Source: Candidatus Methanomethylophilaceae archaeon (GTDB lineage: Archaea > Thermoplasmatota > Thermoplasmata > Methanomassiliicoccales > Methanomethylophilaceae). From it: a DNA stretch of 64,000 nt. Position 1 is the stretch's first letter. Each line of letters begins with the position of its first letter. The DNA is taken from the NCBI GenBank assembly GCA_944320495.1, contig CALUHR010000009.1, positions 64,001 to 128,000 of the forward strand, read 5' to 3'. Shown here piece after piece: positions 37,276 to 47,623 of this stretch. Position numbers and translations under genes: made by a program. Under the pieces are notes generated by a model. That model was given only the letters and a program-made list of their open reading frames with translations. It had not been told where the DNA came from and did no database searches.

Positions 37276-40146
37276 ATGGCCTACAGGGGATCCGACGTGA
37301 CGTTGCGTCGGACATTGACGCGGCTTCTCTCGGAGATGGAACCCAGGAGCGTTATGGGTGACAAGGTGGACCTCCCTGTCATGACGCTGGAGGAACTCGT
37401 CGATTACGACGGCGAGTTACGCAGGGTGGGGACGGAGATGCTGAGGAATGCTCCCCAGGATATCGGCCTGCTTCGTCTCCTCGTCAGGATCGCCATCATC
37501 TCACCTCCTAGCGATTATGATGAGGCCATCCATCAGGCGGCGTCGAACATGGCGGACAGCGATTCCCTGGCGTGGACCTACGCCTGTGGTATCGGGACCG
37601 AATCCGACGATGTCAAAGCCATCCGTCTCTTACGGTCGAATAAGGACCTGTCCGCACTGTATTCAGGAATCTGGAACAACTGCGACCTGATCGAGAAGCA
37701 CTCATTCATCCGCAACCGCATCGATATGCCGGACGGAAAGGTCCGGGTAGAGGACCTATTCTCGGCCTACATCAATTCGGACGTCGTATTGGACAGACTG
37801 GTTTACCGGATGGGGATCATGTCATGTCTGACGTCTCACGGGGATCTCGATACGGCTTTCAGAGCGGTATCACTTGTCGAGAGGCTCCACATCGAAGACA
37901 CGGACCTGTTGATGAACATCATTGAATCCATACATCCGGTGACATACGGTCTGCGGGAAGCGACTTACCTGGACGATGAGGAGGTGTTCAAACTCTGCAC
38001 ATTGGAGGATTTCGAAAGGGAACATTCGGCAGAATGGGCTGTATCCACCCTCTCGTCGTGCGGATATCTGAACAAACCTTCGCCGTTCATCGCCATAGGA
38101 CTTCTCAACTCGGACCTGACGGATGCCCAGATGGAACGCATAACGTCGGCTCTGTACTTCTGTCCGGAGAAGGTGGTGATCCAGTGGCTCGACGACGGAG
38201 CGGACCCTTTGGGGCCCACATTGACCAAAGAACGCAGAAGTCTGGATCCGGAGCCAATGGATTCCCGCTCGGCAAATAGCTCGGATGAGGAGTATGTCGA
38301 ATGCATATTGGACTCCAGCAATTTAGAACTGTATTATCAAAACATTCCAGACATATTGGTGAATGCGGAGGGACGGTTCTTTGACGAATATCCCGGCGCC
38401 GATAGATCCGATGATGTGGCAGATGAGGATGGAGGGGATTCATCACTCCGCGAGGATGAGGAGTATGTCGAATGCATATTGGACTCCAGCAATTCAGAAC
38501 TGTACTGTCAAAACATTCCAGACGAACTTGTGGACGAGGAGAGGTTCCTTGACGAATATCCCGACGTCGATGGATCCGATGATGTGGCAGATGAGGATGG
38601 AGGGGATTCATCACTCCGCGAGGAGGAACTCAGGGAGGCGTATTCCGGGGATCCGATAGCTCAGTTCAATGTCGGGGTGACATCCTTGGAGGATTCGAGG
38701 TTCGATGATGCCAAGGCATGGTTCGTGATCTCATCGATACAGGATGTGTCCGACGCACAGTTCAATCTTGCTCTGATGTATCTGGAGGGGAAAGGTATCG
38801 ATGCCGATCCGAGACGCGGTGTAGGATGGATGATGGATTCGGCACTGGGTGGGGACGTGGGCTCGTGCTCCTATCTTGGCTATCTCTACCGCGAGGATGA
38901 CAGTGTGGAGGACGTTGATGGATTGACGAAATCCGATCGTTTTTCCGCAATATGGAATTGGATCGCCGCATCATACGGTGATTCGAACGCCAGTTTCAAT
39001 CTCGCGGTCATGTACGAGTTCGGACTTGGGCTGGAGCAGTCCATGGACAAAGCTGTCACCTGGTACAGGAAGGCGATATCCGATGATGTCCCCGAGGCCA
39101 TGTACAATCTGGGCAACATCTACTATCTGGGGAAAGGCGTCACACAATCCGATGAACGGGCCAGAGCTCTATACGCGAGAGCATCAAGGTTTGGCGATGT
39201 TGATGCCATGTGCAATCTGGCATCAATGGTATGGATGTCTCGTACAGGTCCTAAAGACGAGGAGAAGGCGATTTCCCTATTCGAGAAGGCCGGAGAAATG
39301 GGCTCTGGTCTGGCCTTTCACAACCTGGGCTCGATCTACGACAGCGAAAGCGAACTGCATCATTCCAAAGAGCGTGCTGTCCAGTTCTATTTGAAGGCCA
39401 TCGAACTGGGCGAGATCAATTCGATGATCAATCTGGGGATAATGTACGAACATGGTGACGGGGTGGAGGTGGACCTGTACAAAGCAGCCGATCTGTACAG
39501 AAGGGTTGCTGATGAAGGGGGTCCGGAATGCAACGACTGCAGGAGGCATCTCGCGTTCATGTATATGAGGGGGGATGGGGTGAACCAATCCACCGAGGAC
39601 TGTATACGCCTGTTCGAAGAGGCCGCGGCCTTGGGTGACGAGAGGGCGATGTACAATCTCGGTGCGATATACGACAACGGGGACATCGTCGAGGAATCCA
39701 TCGATACTGCGATCGAGTGGTACGAGAAGGCAATGGAGAACGGGAGCCCAGATGCGGCCAGTGTATTGGGCGACATATATCTCGAAGGCGATGGTGTGGA
39801 TGAATCAGAGGACGCCGCGAACAGATTCTACGACAAAGCCAGAGAGCTGGAGATCGCAGAGACGTTCTACAAACTGGGGAACAGGTCCAGGTCAGAACGC
39901 GATATGGATTCCGCCGAACGGTACTATCGCGTATCAGCATCCAAGGGAAACAAGAGCGCGATCCGCGCACTGGAGGACCTGGGGATCACTTGGAATCAGG
40001 ATCATGTTCCGTCGGAAGCAGATATGCCTCCGGATGCGATCGATGATGCCGACCAGGCCGTTGAGATCGTTCAGAGGCCGGTGATCGCGTCATCCATGAT
40101 GGTTGTAAGACCCACCCTCAGACTGCATGGGAGGATATCCGCATGA
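37276..40146 (+). CDS. Large SEL1-repeat protein with internal acidic duplication
   Basis: About 10-11 AQFNLALMYLEGKG / AMYNLGNIYYLGKG-type repeats in the C-terminal half. Confidence 0.88.
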   Translation: MAYRGSDVTLRRTLTRLLSEMEPRSVMGDKVDLPVMTLEELVDYDGELRRVGTEMLRNAPQDIGLLRLLVRIAIISPPSDYDEAIHQAASNMADSDSLAWTYACGIGTESDDVKAIRLLRSNKDLSALYSGIWNNCDLIEKHSFIRNRIDMPDGKVRVEDLFSAYINSDVVLDRLVYRMGIMSCLTSHGDLDTAFRAVSLVERLHIEDTDLLMNIIESIHPVTYGLREATYLDDEEVFKLCTLEDFEREHSAEWAVSTLSSCGYLNKPSPFIAIGLLNSDLTDAQMERITSALYFCPEKVVIQWLDDGADPLGPTLTKERRSLDPEPMDSRSANSSDEEYVECILDSSNLELYYQNIPDILVNAEGRFFDEYPGADRSDDVADEDGGDSSLREDEEYVECILDSSNSELYCQNIPDELVDEERFLDEYPDVDGSDDVADEDGGDSSLREEELREAYSGDPIAQFNVGVTSLEDSRFDDAKAWFVISSIQDVSDAQFNLALMYLEGKGIDADPRRGVGWMMDSALGGDVGSCSYLGYLYREDDSVEDVDGLTKSDRFSAIWNWIAASYGDSNASFNLAVMYEFGLGLEQSMDKAVTWYRKAISDDVPEAMYNLGNIYYLGKGVTQSDERARALYARASRFGDVDAMCNLASMVWMSRTGPKDEEKAISLFEKAGEMGSGLAFHNLGSIYDSESELHHSKERAVQFYLKAIELGEINSMINLGIMYEHGDGVEVDLYKAADLYRRVADEGGPECNDCRRHLAFMYMRGDGVNQSTEDCIRLFEEAAALGDERAMYNLGAIYDNGDIVEESIDTAIEWYEKAMENGSPDAASVLGDIYLEGDGVDESEDAANRFYDKARELEIAETFYKLGNRSRSERDMDSAERYYRVSASKGNKSAIRALEDLGITWNQDHVPSEADMPPDAIDDADQAVEIVQRPVIASSMMVVRPTLRLHGRISA
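38284..38622 (+). repeat. Intragenic tandem duplication (171 nt + 168 nt)
   Basis: Units DEEYVECILDSSNLELYYQNIPD...DEDGGDSSLRE and DEEYVECILDSSNSELYCQNIPD...DEDGGDSSLRE. Confidence 0.92.
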
Positions 40147-40223
40147 GATCCTCCAAGGAGAGATGTTGTGGACGCTCAATCGGCATCATCTATTCGATAC
40201 TATACAGCGATATAGGGGGTGGG

Positions 40224-41321
40224 ATGGACTCGAGAGGAAAAAGGGAGGTGCTGGAGGGACTTTATGGCCCGATGTCCAGATCCATCAGGAAAATGCGGGG
40301 GCTCAGACCGGGCAAAGGGACAGTGGAGCTCCTCGATTTGCCGATGCTGACATTCCTCCAGTGGATCAAGGATTACGGCAACTGCAGTGCGGAATGCAGG
40401 ATCATCCCAAGCAACGACAAGTACGGACTTGCGGCGACGTTCGAAGACATCCAGGTCGATGTTGGGAACTTCAGGAGAAGGGGACAGGCATATGATGACG
40501 ATCAACCTGAGGATGACATCCTCCTTCCAGTATTCGTCGGTGACGAACTCCAACGCTTCTTGAAAGATGACGACGGCCTCCGGTGCCCGGTCCTGCATGG
40601 CCATCCGATGTGCATCGTGGACTTCAGTCAGCTGTTGCCTTACCGTTTCACTGAGGATGCGAAGTCCGGCATATCGCCTCACACCCTTGAACCAGGGACC
40701 ATTTGGATGAGGGCAGAGAGCATCCTGGAAAAGACCCTGAGTCTCATATGGCTGACATCAATGATCGATTTCGATGGAGACCGGGAGTTGCTAAGACTGG
40801 GATGCCCCGTATTGTCATCAAATCCGCCCCCTCCGAAGCAATACGATGTGGAATCCAAGGTGGTGATAATATTCGGGTCCATAGGTAGCTTGGATTCCGA
40901 GTACTACAACCTGAAAGGTAATGACAAGTTCGGTCATCTGGATGCTAACGGACTGAACAACACATACGTCTTCGAACATGATGGCATGCACATCCGTCAT
41001 TACAGGGTCCTGAGCGACGATCCCCGGAATTTGAATAGTCATGATCTCAACGGGAGCATCGGAGAGAGGGTCCTACCAAATATGCTGAAAGATGCCAGAG
41101 ACACCGATGAGATCGGTGTGAAGAGAACAGTCGTCGTCATAGGCCGCACGGACGTCGAGGTTGCGCTGTGGATCATGAAGCAATGCGATTCCCTGGGGCT
41201 GACATACGATACGGCACGTAATCTGGACGAGGGAGGCAAAATGAGCCTGTTCTTCCTCAAGTGCTCTCAACTCTTCGAGAGGGAGAGATCGCTCTCCGGA
41301 GTCGATGGTCCGACCCTTCGA
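40224..41321 (+). CDS. Hypothetical protein (island)
   Basis: AT-richer codon usage; alternative start 40143 (ATGA overlap); ends CTT CGA TGA. Confidence 0.7.
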
Positions 41322-42526
41322 TGACCTTCGATCAGACCATCGAAGAAATCTGTTATCGCAAGATCGAGCTCCTCGGATCTCGGGTGCACACTGGATCCCG
41401 TGATGTCCCTCAGGATGTAGGAGGGGCCCGCTCTGATGGTCACATAGATCTCGTACGTCCTCGCGAACACCTCAGAAGGGGAGAGGTAGTACCACAGGTT
41501 CGGGTCGCTGACGAGTCTAGGGAGCACGTCCTTCGAATACAGCGTCTTCACAGGGATGAATGAAGACGATGTCGATGGCCTGTTCATGAAGAAGTCCATT
41601 GCATGTCCGTACTCGTGGACCAGCACGTCCGGCCTGGATGTGTTGACCAGGACGTCCCTCAGCCTCCCGTTGAACTGCCCGATGAAATCTGTTCTGGAGA
41701 ACCTTCTGACCCTCAGATGGAGGTCCGCCCAGGCAGGGGGCCTCGGCAGCACATCCATCGCCTCGAGCCCGATGATGCCCTCGGCCAAAGACCTGATCTC
41801 CGCGGAAGAGACCCTGGGGTCCACATCCAGACCCGTGAAGAATCCGTTCAGTTCCGTCTCATTCAGAAGATTCGTTCCGCGTTCATCTGAGCGGATGTCG
41901 CAGTAGGGGCGCATGGAGGCGGGAACATCCCTCAGGAGTCCTCTCGCACGGCAGTATGCCCTCATCGCGGTGAACAGGAATGCGAACCTGTTCTTCCAGA
42001 GGCCGAACGGTCTGACGGTGCCATCTAAGGTGAAGACCCTCCCGGTCATGTCGTCTGCGGCATCCGAGAAGTATCCGATCTCGCGGGCGGTCCTGGAATC
42101 CGACGTGCGGGACATCTCGAGGATGTCGCGCTGCAGTGCCAGCAGTCCCATTTCAGATGCTATGAGCCCAGGATCAGCCAGTATGCGGTCCCCTTCGGTA
42201 GTGTGCACCGCCCTCCCATGGAGATCGGGGCCGATGGGCACATCCGGGACCAGGAAGATGATGCCGCCATCGGACATCATGAAAAGCAACCTGAGTACGA
42301 TCCCGGGGCGGACGTCATCCCGCTCGATGATGCGGAGGACAGCTGACCGTTCGAGAGACAGGCATTCCGGCTCGGTAGACAGTTCGAGGCCGAACGCATC
42401 CCGCATTCTGGAAGACAGTGCCAGCAGATCCGAGGCGTACGGCGGGAACCCTGCAGCGGCCCATGTCTCGGCCAACGCCTTGAGTCTGGCGGTCGCGTCT
42501 TCGAAGTCATCCATGTCGCATCCCAT
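41318..42526 (-). CDS. Zincin-like (HEYGH) protein with LPD1-like C-terminus
   Basis: VLVHEYGHAMDF; YYLSPSEVFARTYEIYV; in-frame CGA 41320-41318; standard-code stop 41267. Confidence 0.72.
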
Positions 42527-42615
42527 GAATCCTCCCTCCCACCGATGATGGGAACCTCATCCCGTTTCCGTAACGGAGGCTGGTCATATGCTATGGTCCG
42601 TCCGAGGCTGATGAT

Positions 42616-43095
42616 ATGAAAGACAGCAAGGACAGGGTCAGGAAGATGCTCCAGAAGCAGAATGCCAGAATCAAGGAGGAGACGGAGGACACCATCAAGT
42701 TCATCCCCGATCTCAACGAGGGGTTCTGTCCTCCCGTCATGGTCCGCATCTGGGACGACCATGTGATGTTCATCACCGAGCTCAAACCAGATGTTCCAGA
42801 GAAGGCGAGGCAGAAGGTCTCCGGACTGGTGCATGACTTCAACAAGCGTAACTCAGAGGGGGTGCTGGACTACGACATGGAGGATGGCCAGGTATGGGTC
42901 AGGACCTGGGAGCGTGTGGGAAACGGCCGCAGATTCGGGCCGAAGGACCTCGAGTACCATATCCGCCTGGCCAGGGAAATCTCGTCCTCGGTGACGCCGA
43001 AGATATTCGTGGCATGCTCGGGCATCGATGCCGACCCGGATGAGAACGGGGGATGCACCCCTGGAGGGGACGATCCGTCCGTCATGTACGGACGA
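42616..43095 (+). CDS. YbjN/T3S-chaperone-like protein
   Basis: VRIWDDHVMFITEL..LVHDFNKRNSEGVLDYDMEDGQVWVR..DLEYHI; ends DDPSVMYG then CGA. Fused to VirD4 under the standard code. Confidence 0.65.
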
Positions 43096-43122
43096 ATCCA
43101 GGGGGATGCCTCCGAGAGTTTC

Positions 43123-44562
43123 ATGAAAGGCAATCCTGGAGGCGGGATCCCCCTCCGTTTCTGCAACGGGAGGCCAGTTTTCGACGGTTCCCCGTACCAT
43201 GGGCTGATCATAGGGTCGACAGGAGCCGGGAAGACGCACTGTCTCATCATCCCGGCATGCCTCTCCATGGCCTGGAACGGGGAGTCGTTCATGGTCGAGG
43301 ACCCGAAGGGCGAGATCGAGGGGATTCTCGGGGGCGAGCTCAGAAGGCTCGGTTACGAGATCCACACCCTGGATGCCCGTGACCCGTACTCAAGCGACAG
43401 GGTAGGTTTCCTTTCCGAGATCTACGACAAGTACCGGTCGGAGGACCGCTTGGAGAGGGACATGGTGCCCAGGTTACTGGAGGACATGGCGCTGGTCCTC
43501 ATGGACAACGGGAACCCGGACGACAAATACTGGGTGGACATGGCGGCCCATCTCTTCGTGGGATGCGCACAGCTCCTCCTCAGGAGATGCTCTCGCGAGG
43601 AGTTCACCCTTGGCAACATCTATTCTCTGAAGACCGTGTTCGAAAACAACGAGCGTCTCACGAAGATGCTCCTGGAGTCCTTGCCCTCCGACGCCCCGGA
43701 GCGGAGGAACATCTCGGGCACAGTCATCAATGCCGACAACACAAGGAGGTGCATCCTATCATTCTTCGACAGGGGGCTGCTGCCTTACATATCGAACCCG
43801 GGTGTGTGCTCCATGTTCTCCAACGGGGATTTCTCGGCCTCCGATGCCGGATTCAGATCGATGGCGGTGTTCCTCAGGATCCCGGATGAGAGCAGGACGT
43901 TCGACGGGATCGTATCGCTGTATGTGAGCATGGTCTACACGGAGATGATCAGGAGGGCGCATGCGGAAGGCGGAGGAAAGCTGCCCGTCAGGATGAACTT
44001 CATCCTCGACGAGCTGGCCAATCTGCCGATGATCCCCGATCTGGACAAGAGGATCTGCATCTCGAGGAGCCGCAACATACGCTTCATGCTGGTCCTCCAG
44101 AGCAAGAGGCAGCTGGAGGCCAGGTACGGTCCCGCGGCCATGGACATCGTGGTGAACAATTGCGGGAACATAGTCTGCATGGCGAACAGGGACCTCTCAC
44201 TCCTGAAGGAGATCTGCGAGATGGCGGGGGTCGACGGTGTGACCCCGAGGTCCATCTCCCGCATGCCTCCCGGAAGGGCTCTGATCATCCATGGAGGGGA
44301 TGAGCCGTACGTGACGGATCTCCCGACATGGGAGGCCTACGGCATCGTCCCCGGTGAAGGGGTTGCCAGGCCCAGGAGGGATCCGGACCCGGAGGGATGC
44401 TTCGATGCAGAGGACTACATCTTCGGTCTCGTCGGAGTCTTCGAGGAGATGGAGGAGGAAGAGGATGATGACGAGCCGGAGGTGTCGTTCGCTTGGATGA
44501 GGGACAACCTGCGGAATATCATTCACGATGCCCTTGTCAACGATGACGAGGAGGATGACTGA
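43123..44562 (+). CDS. VirD4/TraG-like type IV coupling ATPase
   Basis: HGLIIGSTGAGKT, EDPKGE, FILDELANL, SRSRNIRFMLVLQS..QL..RYG; no N-terminal TM helices. Confidence 0.85.
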   Translation: MKGNPGGGIPLRFCNGRPVFDGSPYHGLIIGSTGAGKTHCLIIPACLSMAWNGESFMVEDPKGEIEGILGGELRRLGYEIHTLDARDPYSSDRVGFLSEIYDKYRSEDRLERDMVPRLLEDMALVLMDNGNPDDKYWVDMAAHLFVGCAQLLLRRCSREEFTLGNIYSLKTVFENNERLTKMLLESLPSDAPERRNISGTVINADNTRRCILSFFDRGLLPYISNPGVCSMFSNGDFSASDAGFRSMAVFLRIPDESRTFDGIVSLYVSMVYTEMIRRAHAEGGGKLPVRMNFILDELANLPMIPDLDKRICISRSRNIRFMLVLQSKRQLEARYGPAAMDIVVNNCGNIVCMANRDLSLLKEICEMAGVDGVTPRSISRMPPGRALIIHGGDEPYVTDLPTWEAYGIVPGEGVARPRRDPDPEGCFDAEDYIFGLVGVFEEMEEEEDDDEPEVSFAWMRDNLRNIIHDALVNDDEEDD

Positions 44563-44662
44563 ATCGGAAACGGCGCCGTGTTTCCTAAAACGGCGCCCGA
44601 TCCCCGTCTATGGGGTATCACGGCGAAAATGAGCCGCAACGAAAAGAAAGGAGATCCCCAAG

Positions 44663-45265
44663 ATGGCTAGCAGAAGCAAGCGCAACGGAAACAGGAGACA
44701 GAACCGCAGAAAGAGCGGACGCGGGGGAGGATGCTCCCCCGACATGTACCAGAGAGGGCTCGACGAGATCAAGGCGATGATGGTGAGCAGCTTCACAGAC
44801 ATCCGCGAGACGATCGGCTCCGCTGGAAACAGCTCCGGAGGAGTGGTGACCGTCGAGGAGGAAATCATCCGCCGCCTCATCGGAATCGAGAGGAAGATGG
44901 ACTGCCACAGGGATGACGCAGCCGCAGGGGCAGTGCGCGGAGAGGTCCTGAAGGTCGCAGAGATGGTCGAGAGGGCGTACCCTCTCCTCGATGCGATCGG
45001 AGGCGACCCCGAGACCGACAGGAAGATCGCCATGAACACTGCCCTGATGCTCCGCAACTCCGTAAGGAGGATGGGGGTCGAATCCAGGGGATGCTCTGCC
45101 GGCGACGCATTCGACCCCTCCATGATGGAGGCGGTATCCGTCATCGACACCGACGACGAGGCCCTCGAGGGCAGGGTCGCGGACGTCGTCACCAGTGCCG
45201 CCTACTGGCTGGACGGGGAGCTCATCATGCCTCAGGCCGTGTCCGTCTACAGGAGGTGCCAGTGA
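44663..45265 (+). CDS. grpE: GrpE-like nucleotide exchange factor
   Basis: Coiled coil then GDAFDPSMMEAV..VADVVTSAAYWLDGELIMPQAVSV; TGATG-coupled to the Hsp70-like gene. Confidence 0.8.
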   Translation: MASRSKRNGNRRQNRRKSGRGGGCSPDMYQRGLDEIKAMMVSSFTDIRETIGSAGNSSGGVVTVEEEIIRRLIGIERKMDCHRDDAAAGAVRGEVLKVAEMVERAYPLLDAIGGDPETDRKIAMNTALMLRNSVRRMGVESRGCSAGDAFDPSMMEAVSVIDTDDEALEGRVADVVTSAAYWLDGELIMPQAVSVYRRCQ

Positions 45266-46800
45266 TGTCCGAGGAGAAGCAGTCAGTCGTAATGTTCGTG
45301 GGCGTGGACGTCGGCACCACCCAGACAGTGGTCAGGGTCATCGGTGCATACGACACCGAACCCCAGCAGGTCAATCTCACCGGAAGGACCGCCCCCATGG
45401 CTTCCGCCATCTACATCGCTCCCGACGGTACCATGCTCTACGGGGACCAGGCGAAGCGCAACGCGGTGACCCAGCCCGAGAGGGTCATCCAGCTCTTCAA
45501 GCAGTTCCTCAGGACGAACAAGAGCTGGGATATCGATGGCAAGACATACACCCCTGCCGATGGGTACACGCTCATCATCCGCAAGGTCAGAGAGATCCTC
45601 GAGAGCATGTTCCCCGGTACGGATTTCCAGTTCGTCCCGACCGTACCTGCCAACTACGGCACTCCCGAGAGGGTCAAGGTCACCGATGCCTGCACCGCCG
45701 CCGGCGTCAACGTGATCGCCCTGGTCAACGAGCCCACCGCCGCCGCGCTGTGGTACTTCAGGAACGACTCCAGGCTCATCGGCTCCACCATCGCAGTGGT
45801 GGATCTCGGCGGGGGGACCCTCGACATCACACTGATGAGGGCCGTCAACAACGACGGCCAGCTGGACTTCGAGGTCCTTGCTTCCAAGGGTGTCGAGAAC
45901 CTCGGCGGCGAGAGGTGGACGGCCGACGGAGTCTACAGGCAGATGCTCGAGAAGTACTGCGCAGAGGCCGGCGTGACACCCGAGGACGTCAAGGCCGACA
46001 CCAGGTCCGACATGACCCTCAGGGCCCTGGCCGAGGAGTGCAAGATCGAGCTCTCCCAGGGTTCTACGTCCACCGTCATCGTGCTCTCCATCAGGCCGGA
46101 CGTCGCCGTGACCTTCGAGATGACCCAGCAGGAGTTCGACGAGAACACCAGGGATCTGCTCGCCAACGTCCTGGAGACCCTCGGAAGGGCCATCGATTCC
46201 TCAAGGGAGCGCGACCCCAGCTTCGGACTGCCCGACAGCGTGATCCTCGCAGGCGGTGCCTGCATGATGCCGCAGATCAGGAACGGCATCATCGAGGCAT
46301 ACCCGGAGCTGGAGGGGAGGGTGAGCGTCAAGGACCCCTTCGTGGCCATAGCGAGCGGGGCGGCCCTCTACGGGGCCCTGGGGCTCACCGTGAAGGACAG
46401 ACTGACCAAGTCCTACGGATGCATCGCGCTTGACAACAGGACCGAGAAGGAGAAGGTCTACAACCACCTGAGGGCAGGGGACGAGATCCCCTCCAGCGTC
46501 GAGCGCAGGTACTACACCGTCGCCGACGGGCAGCTCGCCATCCTGGACCGCATCATCGAGAACGAGTGCGAGGGAGCGGTGCTCAGCCCCAACGCCAAGG
46601 GGGCCAGGTGCATCGGCAAGATGAGGCTCGAGCTGCCTCCGGGACTCCCGAAGGGAACGCCCATCGACACCGTGTTCGACACCGACGATGGTGCCGTGCT
46701 CAGAGTGAGGAGCACCTGTGCGGGCAAGGAGGTCTCCACGACGCTGGAGATCTCGACGAAGCCGGTCAGCGAGAAGGCCGTCGACCCGTTCAGCATCTGA
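45265..46800 (+). CDS. Hsp70-family protein, short (about 511 aa, no lid)
   Basis: GVDVGTTQT, LVNEPTAAAL, VDLGGGTLDIT, ILAGGACMMPQI; substrate-binding beta domain, then stop. Confidence 0.88.
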   Translation: MSEEKQSVVMFVGVDVGTTQTVVRVIGAYDTEPQQVNLTGRTAPMASAIYIAPDGTMLYGDQAKRNAVTQPERVIQLFKQFLRTNKSWDIDGKTYTPADGYTLIIRKVREILESMFPGTDFQFVPTVPANYGTPERVKVTDACTAAGVNVIALVNEPTAAALWYFRNDSRLIGSTIAVVDLGGGTLDITLMRAVNNDGQLDFEVLASKGVENLGGERWTADGVYRQMLEKYCAEAGVTPEDVKADTRSDMTLRALAEECKIELSQGSTSTVIVLSIRPDVAVTFEMTQQEFDENTRDLLANVLETLGRAIDSSRERDPSFGLPDSVILAGGACMMPQIRNGIIEAYPELEGRVSVKDPFVAIASGAALYGALGLTVKDRLTKSYGCIALDNRTEKEKVYNHLRAGDEIPSSVERRYYTVADGQLAILDRIIENECEGAVLSPNAKGARCIGKMRLELPPGLPKGTPIDTVFDTDDGAVLRVRSTCAGKEVSTTLEISTKPVSEKAVDPFSI

Positions 46801-46809
46801 GCAAAAACC

Positions 46810-46838
46810 GACGGCCCCCATGACCTCCGGGGGCCGTC
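46810..46838 (+). terminator. Inverted repeat after the Hsp70-like gene
   Basis: GACGGCCCC...GGGGCCGTC. Confidence 0.5.
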
Positions 46839-46851
46839 ATTCCCCGATACC

Positions 46852-47586
46852 ATGTTCTCCGTTCCCGAAGTGGTCGAACCATTCTACTGGGGGCGCCTCC
46901 GCTACACGTCCGAGAGGGAGGCGTACTCTCGCATAAGATCCGCCATGATCGGAGGGTCCGCCTCCGTCGGGGTGGAGGACCTCCGTCTCACTACCGGGAT
47001 GATGCTCGATGTGAGCGACGCCATCTATCTGGACGATCCCATGCTCTTCCACTGTCGCATAGACTCCTGGGATCTTATCGACGGGATGGCCACGGAGGTC
47101 TTCATCACCCAGCACTACACCGAGGCCGCGCGCGCATCGATGCGCAGGGCCATCGGGGATGCGCTCTCCGACGCCTACTACGGATGCCTGCGCGGGGCCC
47201 CCGACATCTTCACAGCAGAGAGGGCGGTCCTGAGATGGCTCAGGGGCAACGTCGTCTACGACATCAAGGAGGCCGATGACAGCATCCCTGAGCACGAGTA
47301 TCGCTCCGTCGTAGGGGCGCTGGTGCACCGCAGGGGCGTGTGCTCATCGATCTCGATGGCCGCCTCGCTCATGCTGAACGCCTGCGGTTTCAGGACGATC
47401 TGCGTAGTCGGGACGTCCCAGGGGGAGGGACACATGTGGGATGCCATCAGAACGCCGTCCGGATGGCTGCATTCTGATTTCACCTTCGCCTTAGGCGCAG
47501 ATGACGTCACATATCTGGACATGGACGACAGGTCCTGCGCCGTCGACCACGAGTTCGACATAGAGCTCCGGGATTACTGGGCGCGA
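46852..47586 (+). CDS. Transglutaminase-like protein with intact Cys-His-Asp triad
   Basis: RGVCSSIS, GHMWDAI, WLHSDFT; CGA 47584-47586; standard-code stop 47874. Confidence 0.82.
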
Positions 47587-47623
47587 TCGGCGGGCTGGAC
47601 GTCCGGTGATGGGCCGGGGGACC

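Larger units (their letters stand above)
35075..47600. mobile_element. Accessory island with conjugative-element-type genes; boundaries approximate
   Basis: Shift to AT-richer codons at about 37.3-41.3 kb; VirD4, LPD1/HExxH protein, orphan ORFs. No integrase, relaxase or att repeat found. Confidence 0.5.

Noticed and set aside
9059-47589. Idea that terminal CGAs are methylation-linked T-to-C errors or drift at CGATCG sites
   Set aside because: Only 4 of 15 are in CGATCG and flanks vary. It would not explain CGA absence inside genes or the double-strand TCGA case. Raw reads are still needed to exclude it fully.
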